In this document: in pieces, positions 7,746-10,328 of the stretch | Layout: each line of letters opens with the position of its first letter | How positions within the stretch are numbered: the stretch's first letter is position 1 | DNA from: Octopus sinensis | Taxonomy: Eukaryota | DNA length: 10,328 nt | Assembly (NCBI RefSeq): GCF_006345805.1 | Contig: NW_021827486.1 | Location: 1 to 10,328, forward strand | Direction of reading: 5' to 3' | Made by a program: the position numbers and the translations under genes | Notes under the pieces: model-generated | What the model saw: only the letters and a program-made list of their open reading frames with translations | Databases searched by the model: none | What the model was told of the DNA's origin: nothing

Positions 7746-8041
7746 TTTTTTTTTGCGCCCTTTTCAAGCCTTGCCAGGCTCATGGGCCCGGTTCCCCGGT
7801 TTCTATAGCGCATGTGTTCCCCCCAGCTGGGCGCAGCGATACTCAAGAAACAGGAAGAAAAAATGAGAGAAAGTTGGGGCGAAAGAGTACAACAGGGGTC
7901 ATCAACACCCCCTGCCGAAGCCTCGTGGAGTTTTTAGGTGTTTTCGCTCAATAAACACACACACACTACGCCCGGTCTGGGAATCGAAACAGCGATCCTC
8001 CGACCGCGAGTCCGCTGCCCTAACCACTGGGCCATTGCGCC
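7746..8041 (-). mobile_element. Near full-length tRNA-derived SINE (family C) with A9 tail
   Basis: The minus strand starts GGCGCAATGGCCCAGTGGTTAGGGCAGCGGACTCGCGGTCGG, with A box TGGCCCAGTGGTTAG (8034-8020) and B-box-like GTTTCGATTCCC (7990-7979), followed by about 220 nt of GC-rich body and T9 on + at 7746-7754. No TSD was found. Confidence 0.85.
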
Positions 8042-8564
8042 TGTATTTCTTTACATTCGATTGTTTGAGGAAGGCTAGTGGACTGTGTACAAGTTCGTAT
8101 GTCTGAGAGTTGATTTTTCCCTTGTTTGTATTAAATAATAGTTGAATATTTTGGAGTGAGCGAAGCTTTTAAAATAACCAGATCCATTAAAGAAATGAAA
8201 ATATAAACAATGGAAGGTGACGGTAGTTGATAATGTAACTAAGCTAAACATTGATTTATCTCCTCAAATACCATTCCAGATAGTTCCCGAATAAAAGATA
8301 TCTTGTCTTCTATACACCTATGACTAAATTATGAACTTGTTAATTAATTGAAAACATTTTCACTTGTATCTCGTGTTTCCAAATAAAGTTAAGAAAATAA
8401 AAAGAAAATTGTCAATTTGTTTGACTATTATTTTTACCTACGAAACTTAAGAAGATCACAAGTAGATAAATATTTTTTCTAATTCGAAGTAAATCAAAAA
8501 TTCAAATAAGAAAAAACAAAGAAAACAAAAACAACCGAAAAACAATGAGTGAATAAGTATAAGT

Positions 8565-8613
8565 GCATGTAGTATGTATATATGTATCTATTTCTCTCTC
8601 TCTCTCTCTTCTC

Positions 8614-8684
<71 letters not shown>

Positions 8685-9060
8685 ATGTATATATATATAT
8701 GTATGTATATGTATGTATATGTATATATGTATGTATATGTATATATGTATGCATATGTATATATGTATGTATATTATGTATATATGTATATATATGTATG
8801 TATATATGTATATGTATGTATATATGTGTATGTATATATATATGTATATGTATGTATATATGTGTATGTATAGTATATGTATGTATATATGTGTATATAT
8901 ATATATATGTATATATATGTATATATATATAAATATCTATCTATCTATATATATATATATGTGTGTGTGTGTATTTGTGTATGTCTATATGTGTGTGTTT
9001 GTGGATTTATACATACCTTTTTTAGCGTCTGTGTGTGTGTATATATATATGTATATATAA
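8565..9060. repeat. Complex microsatellite (CT, TA, TATG/TATATG, TG)
   Basis: Direct reading. It is the source of the MYIC/YVYM pseudo-ORFs. Confidence 0.95.
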
Positions 9061-9085
9061 CAAAACTGCTTGTCTATCAGCTAGA

Positions 9086-9110
9086 TCTCTCTCTCCTTCT
9101 CTCTTATTCT

Positions 9111-9147
<37 letters not shown>
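9086..9147. repeat. (CT)n microsatellite
   Basis: Direct reading. Confidence 0.9.
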
Positions 9148-9151
<4 letters not shown>

Positions 9152-9164
9152 ATCTCTTGGATCT

Positions 9165-9690
9165 ATGTCTTCTTGTCAAATAACGCAATTGTGGCATGTT
9201 CTTATGGAGCCCATTATCACCGGTACTCTATTCTCTCTGATGTTCTCCGGCGGCCCCTCAGTTTATACACACCATCAATTCCATCGTAAACATCGACTAT
9301 CTTGTTATCTTCACCTCCATCAACAGTAAATGACACCACACTCCGGTTTAAGCACTCACCTTCCTTCCTTCCTCTACCCAATTATTACATATACCAGTGT
9401 CCATTGTCAAGGAGAGGGAAATTCCTAAGCAATCTCAAAAATTACTTCTCCCCTTCAAAACCACTTTGGTAAGTGCCATGGTGAAATACTACACTCACAA
9501 TTGTGACAGGACTGTTACTGTACTTAGTGACATTTTCAATACATCCACCACCATTTTTTCCTCAAGAAAATAACAACTAAATGTAACTGGGCTGAATTTT
9601 ATGAAGCCACTGACCAAAACGCATATCTAACCAAACAGGATGCCTTGTCCTTCCTTTTGGCTTCCTTTATTCTAATACAGCTGTCAAAGT
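9165..9690 (+). mobile_element. Heavily decayed LINE ORF2 fragment (AP-endonuclease end plus linker; I/Jockey-group-like)
   Basis: SLYTP (about 9260-9275) resembles the APE S.Y.PP motif. AGTGACATTTTCAATA (about 9526-9541) becomes SDHFPI if two single C's are restored. KCNWAEF (9579-9599) resembles the KANW..F motif that follows APE in these LINEs. Motif order is correct, but there are many stops and frameshifts. Confidence 0.45.
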
Positions 9691-9699
9691 TTTTTGGTT

Positions 9700-9900
9700 T
9701 TTTTTTTTTGTTTTAGCTGGTCCTCTTCTTTTATTTACTTAAGCCTTTTGCTCCCTATGGAACATAGTTTTCTGACGACTGTATTCCACTGTTTTCAACT
9801 CTGGGCTGCCTTTTGTGCTTTCCTCCAGTTGGTTCCTTGCTTTTTTCAGCTCCGCCTTTCGGATTTTGCTCCACCCTGTCATATATTTTTTCCTCAGAGA
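9700..9900 (-). mobile_element. Decayed 3' end of an RTE-clade LINE ORF2 with short A-rich tail
   Basis: The minus frame TNWRKAQKAAQS*KQWNTVVRKLCSIGSKRLK* (terminal TAA at 9737-9735) matches the RTE C-terminal pattern W..A...AQ.R..W...V..LC. It is followed by AAATAAAAG and A-rich sequence at about 9716-9688. Confidence 0.6.
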
Positions 9901-10039
9901 AAACCTTTCACTTACACGTCTTCTTGGTTTTGGAGTAACATCGTAACTTTAACTTTTCTCTGTAACTTTTCCCTTTTGTTTAAATACAAATCTTAAACCC
10001 TAAGAAACCCATTTGTAAATCCAGGAAGAAGTGAAATAT

Positions 10040-10328
10040 ATTAGTTTGGTCTCTGCCCTTTGACATACCAAGTATAGGAGGTCTTATGAGGAACTTGCGC
10101 TCTGCTTGCATAGTTCCTTCCAGGATTAATGAGGCATACAAGCCACAATACTGCAGCAAGGACTGGACCTTTTGGTGGACACCTCCATTTAGGCAATTCC
10201 AAATTCACACGCTATTTCTTGATCCATCATCCATATTGTTTAATCCATAGGTTCCGCAATGACCCTACGCCAGGTTCTACTTGCCATTTTCATTGCGCAT
10301 CTACAGCTGCCTTGCGGGATGTCTTTTT
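10040..10328 (-). mobile_element. Decayed RTE-clade LINE ORF2 C-terminal fragment, running off the window end
   Basis: Across frameshifts the minus strand gives AMKM..RRV...D...EI...FGIA.MEV (MKM at 10293-10285), LILEGTMQAERK (10129-10094; compare RTE LI.EG...GKR.RGRP), then RP.YTW. Confidence 0.55.

Noticed and set aside
7655-7846. 63-aa minus ORF, and likewise + ORF 9694-9996
   Set aside because: The first lies within SINE sequence and the second is antisense to the RTE remnant.
7965-8041. Possible tRNA gene
   Set aside because: A and B boxes are present, but the acceptor and anticodon stems are imperfect and the sequence continues into a body and poly-A tail, so it is a SINE head.
8494-9329. 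ORFs 8494-8754, 8563-9060, 8574-8873, 8582-8932, 8877-9329, 9035-9289
   Set aside because: Microsatellite read-through. Only the distal non-repeat part overlaps the decayed LINE fragment.
1-10328. CRISPR array, operon or other prokaryotic system
   Set aside because: There are no regularly spaced repeats with unique spacers and no gene-dense coding. The sequence is eukaryotic repeat-rich DNA.

Overview
AT-rich, repeat-saturated eukaryotic DNA, intronic or intergenic in character. The tRNA-derived SINE families and the extreme (TA)n/(TACA)n/(TATC)n density match what I recall of octopus (coleoid cephalopod) genomes; this is inference, no search was run. No intact protein-coding gene is supported, and most ORF-track entries are microsatellite read-through. 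Supported content: copies or fragments of three tRNA-derived SINE families (one with a perfect 17-bp TSD, one as a 1.5-mer); a 431-bp MITE with perfect 29-bp TIRs and an 8-bp TSD that carries TTAGGG repeats; decayed LINE fragments at the right end; and many microsatellites. Two observations stand out. (1) A minimal type-I hammerhead-ribozyme-like fold with a variant core at 7165-7200, of the kind carried by Penelope-like elements. (2) A 203-codon non-repeat + strand frame at 4589-5197, broken by a single TGA, rich in N-glycosylation sequons and ending in a Cys cluster. I found no convincing evidence for a wholly new multi-component system.
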